Position numbers and translations under genes: made by a program. From Octopus sinensis (taxonomy: Eukaryota): 64,000 nucleotides of DNA. The stretch's first letter is position 1; each line of letters begins with the position of its first letter. The stretch covers positions 65,906,001 through 65,970,000 of the forward strand of contig NC_043010.1 in NCBI RefSeq assembly GCF_006345805.1, given 5' to 3'. The notes under the pieces were generated by a model. That model was not told where the DNA came from and did no database searches. It was given only the letters and a program-made list of their open reading frames with translations. Below are positions 37,018 through 49,849 of this stretch, in pieces.

Positions 37018-37062
37018 ATTTCAGTACCGGTTTCCGTCATTTGAGACCTTTTCAACTGTAAC
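37018..37062 (-). ncRNA. Variant minimal hammerhead motif (U3-A8)
   Basis: gttacag UUGAAAA ggtc-tcaaat-gacg GAAA C cg GUA ctgaaat; palindromic ACCGGU stem III; G10.1-G11.1 mismatch. Confidence 0.5.
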
Positions 37063-37236
37063 GATTAAATAATTAAATTTAGAAAAATTAAAAGAAAAGT
37101 TTTTTTTCAAAGAATATTTGTATAGTGTTCAAATATAAGTGGCATTTTCCTTGTTTCTGCCTTTCTCTGTCTCTCTTGTTTACACTTGTGGGTTCGAGGA
37201 CGTTGTGAATTCTTGGTAGGGATATATATATATATA

Positions 37237-37654
37237 CTCTTTTTTTCTCTTTTTTTACTTGTTTCAGTCATTTGACTGCGGCCATGCTGGAGCACCGCCT
37301 TTAGTCGAGCAAATCGACCCCGGGACTTATTCTTTGTAAGCCCAGTACTTATTCTATCGGTCTCTTTTGCCGAACCGCTAAGTGACGGGGACGTAAACAC
37401 ACCAGCATCGGTTGTCAAGCAATGCTAGGGGGACAAACACAGACACACAAACACATACACACATATACATATATATATATATACATATATACGATAGGCT
37501 TCTTTCAGTTTCCGTCTACCAAATCCACTCACAAGGCATTGGTCGGCCCGGGCTATAGCAGAAGACTCTTGCCCAAGATGCCAACGCAGTGGGACTGAAC
37601 CCGGAACCATGTGGTTGGTTAGCAAGCTACTTACCACACAGCCACTCCTGCACC
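37237..37654 (-). mobile_element. S1 SINE
   Basis: Matches S1 consensus. Confidence 0.85.
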
Positions 37655-37838
37655 TATATATATATATCATCAAAAAAAGCAACAAGGATATCCAGAGGTA
37701 AGGCATTACCTCTAGATATTCTTGTTGCTTATTTTGATTATAATCACCCCATTTTGAATTATATGGATAATACCATACTAAATTCTGGTGCCTTTAACTT
37801 AAGTACCATATTAAACTGAATCTAAATTTTACTGAACT

Positions 37839-37881
<43 letters not shown>

Positions 37882-38242
37882 ACAAAGAGTAAAATTAATT
37901 AATTAAGAAGTAATCAATAATTTCACCAAGTAGAATTCGGCATGAAAAAAGACCATTTCACGGTAAACTTTTTTATTGATTTTCGGTATTTTTCCTCTCT
38001 GCCCACGTGGATTGTTTTCAAGTATTTTGGTTTTTCTAGGAGTCCCTTTTTAACATAGAAGAAATGACTAAGGTTTTTTTGGCTGCTATTTCTAAACTTC
38101 GGTATGTGGTAAAGCAAATCTTTGCTGAACCCTAATTATAAAGTATATATATAGTTGAAATTTATAGATAAAGAAAAGACGTAGACAGGGGTAAGAACGA
38201 CAATCAGGTGTATTAGTTTGTCACTTGAGAAAGTGAAAAAGT

Positions 38243-38278
38243 CTTTTACATTTCGAGCCTATGCTCTTCAACAGAAAG
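38243..38278 (-). ncRNA. Hammerhead-like motif with A6U core in a PLE-like repeat; second, more decayed copy at 34956-34991 (+)
   Basis: cttt CUGUUGA a gagc-atag-gctc GAAA u GUA aaag. Confidence 0.4.
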
Positions 38279-38385
38279 GAATAAGAGAAATAAACAGAGA
38301 GAGAATAAAAAACTTGTGGATTTAGCAGTCAAGCATGGCAACTGATTAGCAAAAAGTTTATATATATGTATATATATATATATAT

Positions 38386-38431
<46 letters not shown>

Positions 38432-38908
38432 TAAAGGCAGTGCTCCAGCATGGCCGCAGTCCAATGACTGAAACAAGTAAAAGAGTAAAAGAGTAAAGAG
38501 ATAGATAGCTATATATATAGATATATTTTGTAATTTTTCATTTCAGTTAGTGGACAAGAGCACTAACGGTTACATTCTTCCTGGTTCATTGCCTATTTAG
38601 TGGCAAGAGTGACAATGGAGTGTCAGTAACATGGTACAGAACAAGTACAGTAGGGGACTACCTTCAGAATGTTTTTTTCAGTTTTTGTTTTGGCTCTTCA
38701 ACATGTTTTAGCAATGTGTATCTATCTATCTATCTATCTATCTTCTGTCTGTCTTTCTGTCTGTCTGTCTGTCAGTCTGCCTGTCTGTCTATCTATCTAT
38801 CTATCTATCCCTCCATCTATCTATCTATCTATCTATCTATCTTCTATCTATCTATCTATCTATTATCTATCTATCTATTATATAATATATAATATATATA
38901 TATATATA

Positions 38909-38955
<47 letters not shown>

Positions 38956-38962
38956 TATATAT

Positions 38963-39000
<38 letters not shown>

Positions 39001-39032
39001 TTTATTTAAAAGCAGCAGAAATTCAACAAAAC

Positions 39033-39069
39033 CTGTTACCGGAGTTTCACGTTCCCGTTTGTCGAACAG
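39033..39069 (-). ncRNA. Variant hammerhead motif (U3-A8, U4C) inside a hairpin
   Basis: ctgt UCGACAA acg-ggaa-cgt GAAA C uccg GUA acag. Confidence 0.45.
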
Positions 39070-40061
39070 TTTAACAAAACTGTTCGAGTAACAGGTTTTG
39101 TTGAATTTCTGCTCCTTTTAAATAAAGCATATTACTCTACCTTTGGTATTTGAGTACTCTTTTTTCCACCTTGTTTCACATTTATGTGTTTACTCTGGTA
39201 TATATATATATATATATATATAAAGTTATTTTGCTAAATTCTTTATTATATTTAAAGGAATTGAAAGAAACATAGCATCTCAAAATAAATACAGTAATGG
39301 AAGGGTTAACTAGGCATATTTATAAAATGCATCATGTATCTGCAAGCAATCTTGCGGGCTCTGTTTATGCAATAGATACTTTTTAAAAACCACAATGCTG
39401 AACAGTGGGAAAATAAGAAAAAAATATCAAGAAAAACACAAAGAAGTTTGATGTAGAAAATGGAATTTTGATATTCTTTGTTGTTTGTTTGTTCTTTCTC
39501 AAGCCATGCCTGGCTCATAAGGGCCGGTTTCCCAGTTTCCTTGGCATATAGGTTCCCCACCTGGACGGGATGCTGGTCCGTCACAGGTGAGCTGCAAGAT
39601 GCAAGAGGAAAGAGTGAGAGAAAGTAGTGGCGAAAGAGTCAGCAGAAGTTCGCCATTACCTCTTGCCGGAGCCGCGTGGAGCTTAGGTGTTTCGCGCATT
39701 AATACATGTATCGCCCGGTCTGAGATTCGAACCCGCGATCCCTCGACTGTGAATCCGCTGCTCTAACCACTAGGCCATGTGCCTCCACGAATTTTGATAT
39801 ATCTTGTGTTATTTTGTTTTATACCAGCTGCATTCACTGTGGTTTCTGCAATCAGGAAGGACAGGGATGTTTGTTTTCTTGCCTTCATTTCTTTCTTTTT
39901 GTTCCATTTTCTGCATCAAATGTCTTTTCATTTCTCTTCTCATATTTTCTTATTTTCCAGCATCCTGGTTTTTAGAATAAATCTAACACATAAACAGAGC
40001 CTGAAATATTGCTTGGAAATACATCGCATATTTTATAAATATATCTATTCATATGGATGGA

Positions 40062-40446
40062 TGGAAGCACTCCATCGGTTACGACGATGAGGGTTCTGGT
40101 TGATCCGAATCAACGGAACAGCCTGCTCGTGAAATTAACGTGTAAGTGGCTGAGCACTCCACAGACACGTGCACCCTTAACGTAGTTCTCGGGGATATTC
40201 AGCGTGACACAGAGAGTGACAAGGCCGGCCCTTGAAATACAGGTACAACAGAAACAGGAAGTAAGAGTGAGAGAAAGTTGTGGTGAAAGAGTACAGCAGG
40301 GATCACCACCATCCCCTGCCGGAGCCTCGTGGAGCTTTTAGGTGTTTTCGCTCAATAAACACTCACAACGCCCAGTCTGGGAATCGAAACCGCGATCCTA
40401 TGACCGCGAGTCCGCTGCCCTAACCACTGGGCCATTTCGCCTCCAC
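40062..40446 (-). mobile_element. Full-length S3 SINE
   Basis: tRNA-like head ggaggcgaaatggcccagtggttagggcagcgg...ggtttcgattccc at the right end. Confidence 0.85.
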
Positions 40447-41520
40447 ATCTATTCATATACAGTATCATAAAAGCATGAAACTAATAGTAGATCTTTCAGT
40501 ATGTGTATTAAGTTGATATTTATCTCTCACTGGATGAAATACTTTTTCTGTTGATTCTATCATCCTCATCATTTAACGTCCGCTATCCATGCTGGTATGG
40601 GTTAGACAATATTGGAGATATAGACATACATGTCTCTGTTGTTGTCTGTTCGTTCCAAGTTCAAACTCTCCAGAAATTTTTAAAAAATTTCTCGAAGCTG
40701 CTGTCTATTAAGTTTTCCGATATTGTCATTGAAAGTTCAAAATAGGTAATAATTAACAGTTGATAACTGAGGAAGGGTTTCACCTCTTTTGGTAATTTCT
40801 CCTGTACTTGTTCTCATGTGTTTACGTATTTTTCCCTCATTGGAGATGTCTTGTTCTTTTTGTATATTTTTTGGAAATTTGTCCTGTACGTATCATTCAT
40901 GTGTTTACGTAATTTTCACTTGTTGGTGATGTCCTGTACTTGATGTATTTTATATATATTTATTTATAATCAAGCGCCACACAGCCTTGTCCACAGTAAT
41001 GTATCATCATCATCATTTAACGTCCGTTTTCCATGCTGGCATGGGTTGGACGGTCTGACTGAGGTCTGGAAAGCCAGCGACAGCACCAGGCTCCAATCTG
41101 ATCAGGCAATGTTTCTACAGCTGGATGCCCTTCCTAAAGTAGAATGAGGTATTATTACCTCTTGGCTGAAACAGCTGTAAGATATTTTCCCAATTTCTAT
41201 TGCTATATGTTATATATTTTAATAATTACTGATATTTTTATATTTTATATGTTATATATATAAAGCATAATATATTAGACATGCATGTATATTGTTATAA
41301 TTGTCCTTTTAGTAAATAAATAAATAAATTGACATAATATAATGTCTAAAAGTTGATGAATACTACCTATTGATCCCCTCCATCCTCCATTTTCTTATTG
41401 CTCTCTCTCTCTCTCTAACTATCTATCTATCGATATATATATAATATATATATAATATATAATATATATATATAATATATATATATATATATTATATATA
41501 TATATATATATATAAGTATA

Positions 41521-41562
<42 letters not shown>

Positions 41563-41734
41563 TTAGAGATAAAAACCTATTAGGCAAATCAAACAGTGAA
41601 AAACATAAACCAAAACATAGAAATAAAATTAATTAATATAATATACAAAATATGTAAAATATAAAAAATCAAAATTGAAATTATTTAAAGTTAAAAATTT
41701 AAAATTATTAATTATACACACACATGTATTTGTA

Positions 41735-42450
41735 ATTGTTGACAACAGTCTCAGCTGGCTTGCCCACATCAGCAATAAAATCAATATAGCTCATAGGATG
41801 AGCTCCTGGATCCTAAGAACCTTCTGGTCCAGAGAACAAGGATGTCATCATTCCTCTTTTCTCCTCCTTTGTACAGCCACACCTCGAATACTGCTGCCTC
41901 CTGTGGTCTCCCCATACAAAACAAAACATTTGGAATACTGAATCACCCCAGAGAGCATTCACTAAAAGTATTAAGGGCATGACTGATCTCAGTTATTGGG
42001 ACCACCTTGAAGCGTTGAAACTCTATTCTCTCCAGTGTCACCATGAGCAATACATTATCTGCATAATGTGGACAATATACCACCAGCATTGCCCAAATGA
42101 CTTCAATATTAGTTTCAGAATTCATCCAAGGCTAGGACCACAGGTCACATGACCCCTGCCCAATTCAGGATCACAACACATACGTATACTGCAACTCAAT
42201 TTCTTTTCCTCAACAGGCCCTGCACTATTTAACATTGTCCCAAAACAGATGAAGGTGGAAAAAGATCCCATCACCTTTAAATGGAATCTGGATAAATATC
42301 TTCGAGGAATAACAGATAAGCCACCTATACCTGGATACAACTCACTCAACAAGAACTCCTTACTCAAATGGACCATGATACCACAAAATTTGACTTAAAA
42401 AGGATTTAGCAAATCCTATCAGGTGGTGCTATTAAGGTAGACATAGCCTG
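41735..42450 (+). mobile_element. Degenerate CR1/L2-like LINE C-terminal fragment
   Basis: Broken frames read SSWILRTF...QRAFTKSIKGMTDLSYWDHLEALKLYSLQ...GPALFN..P. Confidence 0.7.
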
Positions 42451-42544
42451 GGCCAATCTCTGGTCAAAACATATCCAAGTTTATATATATATTATATATA
42501 TATATATATATATACATCAACATCAAAAAATAAAATGGAAATTG

Positions 42545-42898
42545 TTGTTGTGATACCTGTGCCAGTGACACGTAAAAAGCACCATCTGAACGTGGCCGAT
42601 GCCAGTGTCACCTTGACTGGCTTCCGTGCTGGTGGCACGTAAAAAGCACCAACCGATCATGGCCGTTGTCAGCCTCACTTGGCACCTGTGCCGGTGGAAT
42701 GTAAAAAACACCCACTACACTCACAGAGAGGTTGGCGTTAGGAAGGGCATCCAGCTGTAGAAACACTGCCAGATCAGACTGGAGCCTGGTGCAGCCTCTT
42801 GGCTTCCCAGACCCTGGTCAAACCGTCCAACCCATGATAGCATGGAAAACAGACGTTAAACGAAGATGATGATGATGATGATGATGACGATGATGATA
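42545..42898 (+). mobile_element. RTE 3' UTR fragment
   Basis: Standard 3' UTR with GAT tail; further copies ~11575(-), 12225(+), 35090(+), 41005(-), 44225(-), 44700(+), 56590(+). Confidence 0.8.
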
Positions 42899-43015
42899 TA
42901 AAAGGTATTGGTATGTAAAAGATTCAAAGAGTGGCAGGTAATGCTACATAAGTGCTATGGACAGACCATAGTTAAATTCTTAATTCAATAGTGCTCTATT
43001 TAACCATCTCACATT

Positions 43016-43063
43016 GTTTCTGATGAAGGAATATCCATAATATCCCAGAAACAACTGTAAGAC
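43016..43063 (+). ncRNA. Type I hammerhead motif with canonical core
   Basis: gttt CUGAUGA(43020-26) a ggaatat-ccata-atatccc a GAAA(43048-51) C aact GUA(43057-59) agac. Confidence 0.55.
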
Positions 43064-43249
43064 TATATATCTCTTTCCTTATAAATGTCCTGAAAACTTG
43101 TCACAGGCTTGGCTTTGTTATCTGATTTTGTCTAATATATATATATATATATATATAATATATATATAATTATATATATATATGAATGTATGTATGCATA
43201 TATATCTATATATATATGACTGTATGTTGCATATATATATATGAATGCA

Positions 43250-43294
<45 letters not shown>

Positions 43295-43921
43295 GTGTGT
43301 GTACGTATATACGCATGTATATATACAGACATACATATATATATGCATATATATACAGACACAAACACATATACATATATGTGAGTGTGTGTATGTGTAT
43401 GTGTGTGTGTGTGTGCATGTGTATGTAATCGAATAGCCACCACACTAAACTCCAATCCATATGCTGCCCCACGAATGTCACAAAACAATATTGACCATAT
43501 TGGATGACAGATTAACAAGAATACATTCACAAGACATGTTTCAACATGACACGCTTTGCTGACATGCAGTCGGCCATGACACCAACAACATGTGAAGGTT
43601 TAATTTTCTGCCTGGGGTTTTATAGATTTCGTGGCTGTGTGGTGGAGAAACAAGCTTCGAATCTTCATGGTTTTGGGTTCAGTCCCACCGTGTGGCACCT
43701 TGGGCAACTGTCTTCTGCTGTAAGTCGAGTTGACCAGTCTTTATTGAGTGATTTGGTAGATGGAAACTGAAAGAAAACCATATATGTGTGTAGTGTCTGT
43801 GTGAGTGTGTGAGTGTGTGTGGTGTGCATGTGTATTTATATATATATGTATATATATATATGATATTATATATATATATATATATAATATATATATATAT
43901 ATAATATATATATATATATAC

Positions 43922-44021
43922 NNNNNNNNNNNNNNNNNNNNNNNNNNNNNNNNNNNNNNNNNNNNNNNNNNNNNNNNNNNNNNNNNNNNNNNNNNNNNNN
44001 NNNNNNNNNNNNNNNNNNNNN
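43922..44021. other. Assembly gap (100 N)
   Basis: Direct reading. Confidence 0.99.
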
Positions 44022-44226
44022 GATGTTGCTTTGTGCTGGATGGGGTGCTGAGCTCCCCTGTTCGAAAATATAAGGACACAGATATTGTGTCGTATAGCCA
44101 GCTGGAAACAATGTTTCCTGAGACTAAATAACAGTAACATTCATCCCATCCAGGACTGCCACATTACGTTGGCAAATAGCTTTTACTTTAAAGTACTGTT
44201 ACTGAATATTTCTCTCTTTGAGATCA

Positions 44227-44263
<37 letters not shown>

Positions 44264-44507
44264 GTTTAGCGTCCCTTTTCCATGCTAGCATGGGTTGGAC
44301 GGTTCAACTGGGGCTTGTGAAGCTGGAAGGCTTCATCAGGCCTAGTCAGATCTGGCAGTGTTTCTACGGCTGGATGCCCTTCCTAATGCCAACCACTCCG
44401 TGAGTGTAGTGGGTGCTTTTTACGTGCCACCCGCACAGGTGCCAGACAGAGCTAGAAATAATAATGCTTCACTCTGTGTGTGTGTGTGTGTGTATGTATT
44501 TATATAT

Positions 44508-44557
<50 letters not shown>

Positions 44558-45671
44558 TCTTTTCACTTGTTTCAGTCATTGGATTGTGGTCATGCTGGGG
44601 CACTACTGCCTCAAAGAGTTTATTGATCAAACCAACCTTATCAGATGGTACTTACTTTATCAGTCTCTTTTCACTTTTTGTTTACGTAAAAAGGACCTTT
44701 CAAGTGTTGGGCCTCACAGAGGCAATGTGGTCAATGCTGGTGTCATGGAACTAGCAACCCATACCAGTGACATGTAAAAAGCACCTATCAGCTGCTGGGC
44801 CTCACAGAGGCAATGTGGGCGATGCTGGTGTCATGGAACTAACAACCCTGCCGGTGGCATATAAAAAGCACCTTTTGAGCATTGTGGTCCATGCTGGTGT
44901 CATGGAACTAGCTACCCGTACCAGTGACAGGTAAAAAGCACCTTTTAAGCATTGGGCCTCACAGAGGCAATGATAAATGACTGAGACCTTTTGCAATATG
45001 TTGTGCTTGAGAAGGAATATCAATCAAACCAAGTGAAATCGTAGTCATAGTGTCATGCAACTGGTATCCATGCTGATGGCACATAACATCACCCCTCACA
45101 CTCTCGGGGTGGTCGGCACTAGGAATGGCATCCAGCCATAGGAATCAGGCCAAATCAGACTGGAATCTGGTGCAGCTCCTCAGCTTACCATGCAACCCAT
45201 GGACAACAGATGTTAAATGATGTCAACGACGATGGTGGTGGTGGTGGTGGTGGTGGTGATGATGATGATGATGATGATGATGATAAATGATGATGATGAT
45301 GATACATGATGATAAATGATGATGATGATGATGATGATGTATCCAGTGATGAACATGTATCCAGTGTTGACACAGTTTATCTATTTACTTAACATCTACA
45401 TACTGTGTCTGTCTAATCAACATATATACCCACTGTTCCGCCCACCCAGTCGATATCTATACAGAAATCAACAATTAATCCAATCGACATTTATCTACTG
45501 CATCTTCCCAGTCAGTATCTACACACTGTGTCTCTCCATTTAACATCTACACACTGGAGCCACCTACTCAATGTTTAACACTGTGTCTAAATAGCCAATA
45601 ATCTGTATACACATCATGTCTATCTAAGACAGTATATACACCCTGGGTGGTGGGGTCTATCCAGTCAACCT

Positions 45672-46076
45672 TTTTTACTCTTTTACTTGTTTCAGTCATT
45701 TGACTGCGGCCATGCTGGAGCACCGCCTTTAGTCAAGCAAATCGACCCCGGGACTTATTCTTTGTAAGCCCAGTACGTATTCTATCGGTCTCTTTTGCCG
45801 AACCGCTAAGTGACGGGGACGTAAACACACCAGCATCGGTTGTCAAGCAATGCTAGGGGGACAAACACAGACACACAAACACACACACACATATATATAC
45901 ATATACATATATACGACAGGCTTCTTTCAGTTTCCGTCTACCAAATCCACTCACAAGGCATTGGTCGGCCCGGGGCTATAGCAGAAGACACTTGCCCAAG
46001 ATGCCACGCAGTGGGACTGAACCCGGAAGTATGTGGTTGGTTAGCAAGCTACTTACCACACAGCCACTCCTACACC
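45672..46076 (-). mobile_element. S1 SINE
   Basis: Matches S1 consensus. Confidence 0.85.
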
Positions 46077-46594
46077 TAAGCACCATATATGCATTATAAT
46101 TGCTCAATTGCCATTAAGTGATCCTGTCTCTCTACTTGACACGAACATCTTACATTTAACCATTGGACATCAAACAAGCTCAGCAACCATGTCTAGACTG
46201 AGTCCATGGTGATGTGCTGTTGCTCTAACAGTCAATCATTACAGGATTTCATCTGTCAAATCTCTATGAACAGATCGCAAAGATTGTATTTATTTCTCCT
46301 GCTCTCATCTACTGTCTGTGTTCCGGTTTCCATTTACAACACTTATCTGCTCTGTCCACTTCATTGTGTATTTATTCAGTTGATATCTCCATGATTTGTT
46401 TATCCCTGAACCAGTCGATACCATCTACAAACAGAACCAGTCCATGTTATGGATTACCAAGCTGAGAAAACATTATTTATTTACATGAACTTGCATAATT
46501 TTGTATTTGAACTTATTTTGTGTTAATAACATCCACCAGATTTTTTTTTTTTGCTTTTCTGTCATTTTTTTTCTAATACCTGATGTATTTCCAG

Positions 46595-47082
46595 CCTCCT
46601 GCTCCTCCTCCTCCTCCTCGTGGACGTCTTCACATGTTGTCCAGCCTCTTTCGGAGCGCCCTGCCGCCACGCCTGCACTCCCGTCACCAATCAGTGACCT
46701 CTCCAAGCCTGACGTTGACTTCAAACTCTCCATCGAAGGTATGCTATGACCAACAGACAGCAGGCAGCCCCGACAACATCAATGGCACGTCTCGCCAGAA
46801 TCGTATGCGACGCCGGCGACGGGGCCAGAAGGGCGCCGAAATTCTTCCTCCAATTCGGCCACACTCAGAAAAGAGTTCGTTTCTTTCAAAAGAAAAGGAT
46901 CTCAATCCAAAAGAGATCACTGACGATGCCAGCCCCACAGGGTCAGCACAAGCATGCATCTCTGAAGAAGGAAAGGAAAACAATGAAGATGGTGGCAATA
47001 CATCACAATATCGTCACAGTCCAACTGTGATGAAGGCGAGACAGCTACGCTATGTATCAGAGAGAACGCCTGAATCTCTCAG
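46595..47082 (+). CDS. HECTD2: HECTD2-like E3 ubiquitin ligase, first recovered coding exon (disordered N-terminus)
   Basis: gtatttccAG acceptor, ctcag|GTATTT donor; 488-nt open frame PPAPPPPPRGRLHMLSSLF...ERTPESLR; phase 2 end fits exon 52220; weak similarity to recalled human N-terminus. Confidence 0.75.
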
Positions 47083-47134
47083 GTATTTCAACCTTCTTTT
47101 TCATTGTTTTGTTTTGTTTTTTTATTGCCTAAAT

Positions 47135-47785
47135 CAGTGGTTCCCATCTGGATTCCACATCACCCTTAGGATTCTACATAAGATTTTGTTGTTAAAATCT
47201 ATGTGCAGTAAACTGGTTATATTTCTTCAAAACACAAAATATTCTAGCGATTTTTTTTTTTAATATAAATCCAATTAAATTTAATTTATCATGAAAATAA
47301 ACAAAGCTTGCTTCAGAAGCGTTTGGCTGATAACAATTTTTTCTGCAGTATATGGATAGTTTAAGGCGGCGAGCTGGCAGAAACGTTTGCATGCCGAGTG
47401 AAATGCCTAGCAGTATTTCATCTGTCTTTATGTTCTGAGTTCAAATTCCACCAAGGTCGACTTTGCCTTTCATCCTTTCAGGATCGATTAAATACGTACT
47501 AGTTAATCACTGGGGTCGATGTCATCGACTTAATCCCTTTGTCTGCCCTTGTTTGTCCCCTCTATGTTTAGCCCCCTGTTGGCAATAAAGAAATAAATAT
47601 ATGGATAGTTTATCCTGTTCATGCTATTGTATTAGCATAATCATGTGTTTGAGAATAAATTATTTCTGTAAATTCCTATTAATCATAATAGGATTTTTTT
47701 AAGCACTGAATTGCTATGAGGGTCCACTCAAATAAACTAGGAACCAAAGGGTCCTTGGGGGGAAAAAAAGGGTTGAGAATCGCTG
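47135..47785. mobile_element. hAT-like MITE containing an S2 SINE (~47363-47598)
   Basis: cagtggttccca ... gggttgagaatcgctg ends; 8-bp flanks gcctaaat / atctaaat. Confidence 0.5.
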
Positions 47786-47823
47786 ATCTAAATTTTTCTT
47801 TCTGCTCCATTTATTCTTTTAGC

Positions 47824-48206
47824 TTTTTACTTGTTTCAGTCAATTGACTGCAGCCATGCTGGAGCAAATCGACCCCAGGACTTATTCTTTTGTAAGCCTA
47901 GTACTAACTCTGTCAGTCTCTTTTGCCGAACCACTCAGTTACGGGAGCGTAAACACACCAGCATTGGCTGTCAAGCGATATTGGGGAGGGACAAACACAG
48001 ACATACAAACATATACACACACACATATATATACACATATATATGACGGGCTTCTTTCAGTTTCCGTCTTCCAAATCCATTCGCAAGGCTATGGTCGGCC
48101 CAAGGCTATAATAAAAAACACTTGCCCAAGGTGCCATGCAGTGGGACTGAACCCGTAACCATGTGGTCGGTAAGCAAGCTACTTACCACACAGCCACTCC
48201 TGCACC
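47824..48206 (-). mobile_element. S1 SINE
   Basis: Matches S1 consensus. Confidence 0.8.
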
Positions 48207-48282
48207 TATGTTTAATTTAATATCTATCTAACTGAACCCTCTCCCCCTCTTTCTCTCTCTCTTCCCCACTCTTTCTCTCTCT

Positions 48283-48313
<31 letters not shown>

Positions 48314-48638
48314 CCTCTCTCTCTCTCTCTTGCTCACTTTGTCTCATTACTTTCATCTTTCATCCCCTTTATTTATCAAGTCCTCTTTATCAAGTCTTTT
48401 ATTTGTTTCCCTATCTTCTTATCTCCTTTCTTCAGAGGTAGCTACCCCTTCTTTCCACCCAGCTGCTTAGCTAACCGTCTAGCTGACTAAGCATTCGGTT
48501 AGCCAGTAAGCTAAATATCTATGTAACTAGCTACCTAGCTACATAGACAGATATTAGTATCTAAGCTTCAATCATATATTATTTATTTCTCTTGTCACTA
48601 ATATATAACACCCTTTAAGGTCCCAAGCTAGCAGAAAT

Positions 48639-49396
48639 GGCAAGCTGGCAGAAATGTTAGCACGCCAGGTGAAATGCTTAGCGGTATTTCATCTGCCGCT
48701 ACGTTCTGAGTTCAAATTCCGCCAAGTTTGACTTTGCCTTTCATCCTTTCAGGGTCGATTAAATAAGTACCAATTACACACTGGGGTCGATATAATTGAC
48801 TTAATCCGTCTGTCTGTCCTTGTTTGTCCTCTCTGTGTTTAGCCCCTTATGGGCAGTAAAGAAATAGGTATTTCGTCTGCTGTTATGTTCTGAGTTCATA
48901 TTCCGCCGAGGTCGACTTTGCCTTTCATCCTTTCGGAGTCAATAAATTAGGTACCAGTTATGCACTGGGGTCGATATAATTGACTTAATCCCTTTGTCTG
49001 TCCTTGTTTGTCCTCTCTGTGTTTAGCCCCTTATGGGCAGTAAAGAAACAGGTATTTCGTCTGCTGTTATGTTCTGAGTTCATATTCCGCCGAGGTCGAC
49101 TTTGCCTTTCATCCTTTCGGAGTCAATAAATTAGGTACCAGTTATGCACTGGGGTCGATGCAATCGACTTAATCCGTTTGTCTGTCCTTGTTTGTCCCCT
49201 CTGTGTGTAGCCCCTTGTGGGGAGTAAAGTTACGTTCTGAGTTCAAATTCCGCCAAGGTTGACTTTGCCTTTCATCCTTTCGGGGTCGATTAAATAAGTA
49301 CCAGTTACGCACTGGAATCGATGTAATCGACTTAATCCGTCTGTCTGTCCTTGTTTGTCCCCTCTGTTTAGCCCCTTGTGGGTAATAGAGAAATAA
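48639..49396 (+). mobile_element. S2 SINE with four tandem B-box-containing modules
   Basis: gttctgagttca(a/t)attcc at ~48703, 48888, 49071, 49224. Confidence 0.85.
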
Positions 49397-49849
49397 GAAT
49401 CATTAGCATGACAGACAGACACGCACGCATACACACATACACACACACCGCCCCAGTTCTTTTTATTCCAAATCCTTCTGAGATCAATGGTCAACTTTGC
49501 ATTCCATTCCTTTGAGGGTCAATAAAATATACTGGTCAAGTATTGATAGCCTATATAATCAATAAGCCCCCACATGAAATTGTTGTTCTTGTGTCTAAAT
49601 TAGAAGCAATTATCATTAATCAACTAGCTAATTAATTAACCGGTGAACAAATCAATTGCTTGGTTAATTGTTAGCTCAATAATTCAGGCTATCAACTGGT
49701 TTGTCGGTGTCCTTTCAAAGCCATTGGTCAATGTATCCAAACGTGATCAACCTGGCGTAAGGATTTTTCACTGATGGGATCATGAAAGGCAATAAAAGAA
49801 TTATGATGAGCAAATTGATTAATTGACTTGTTCAGCCCAAGTTACTTAA

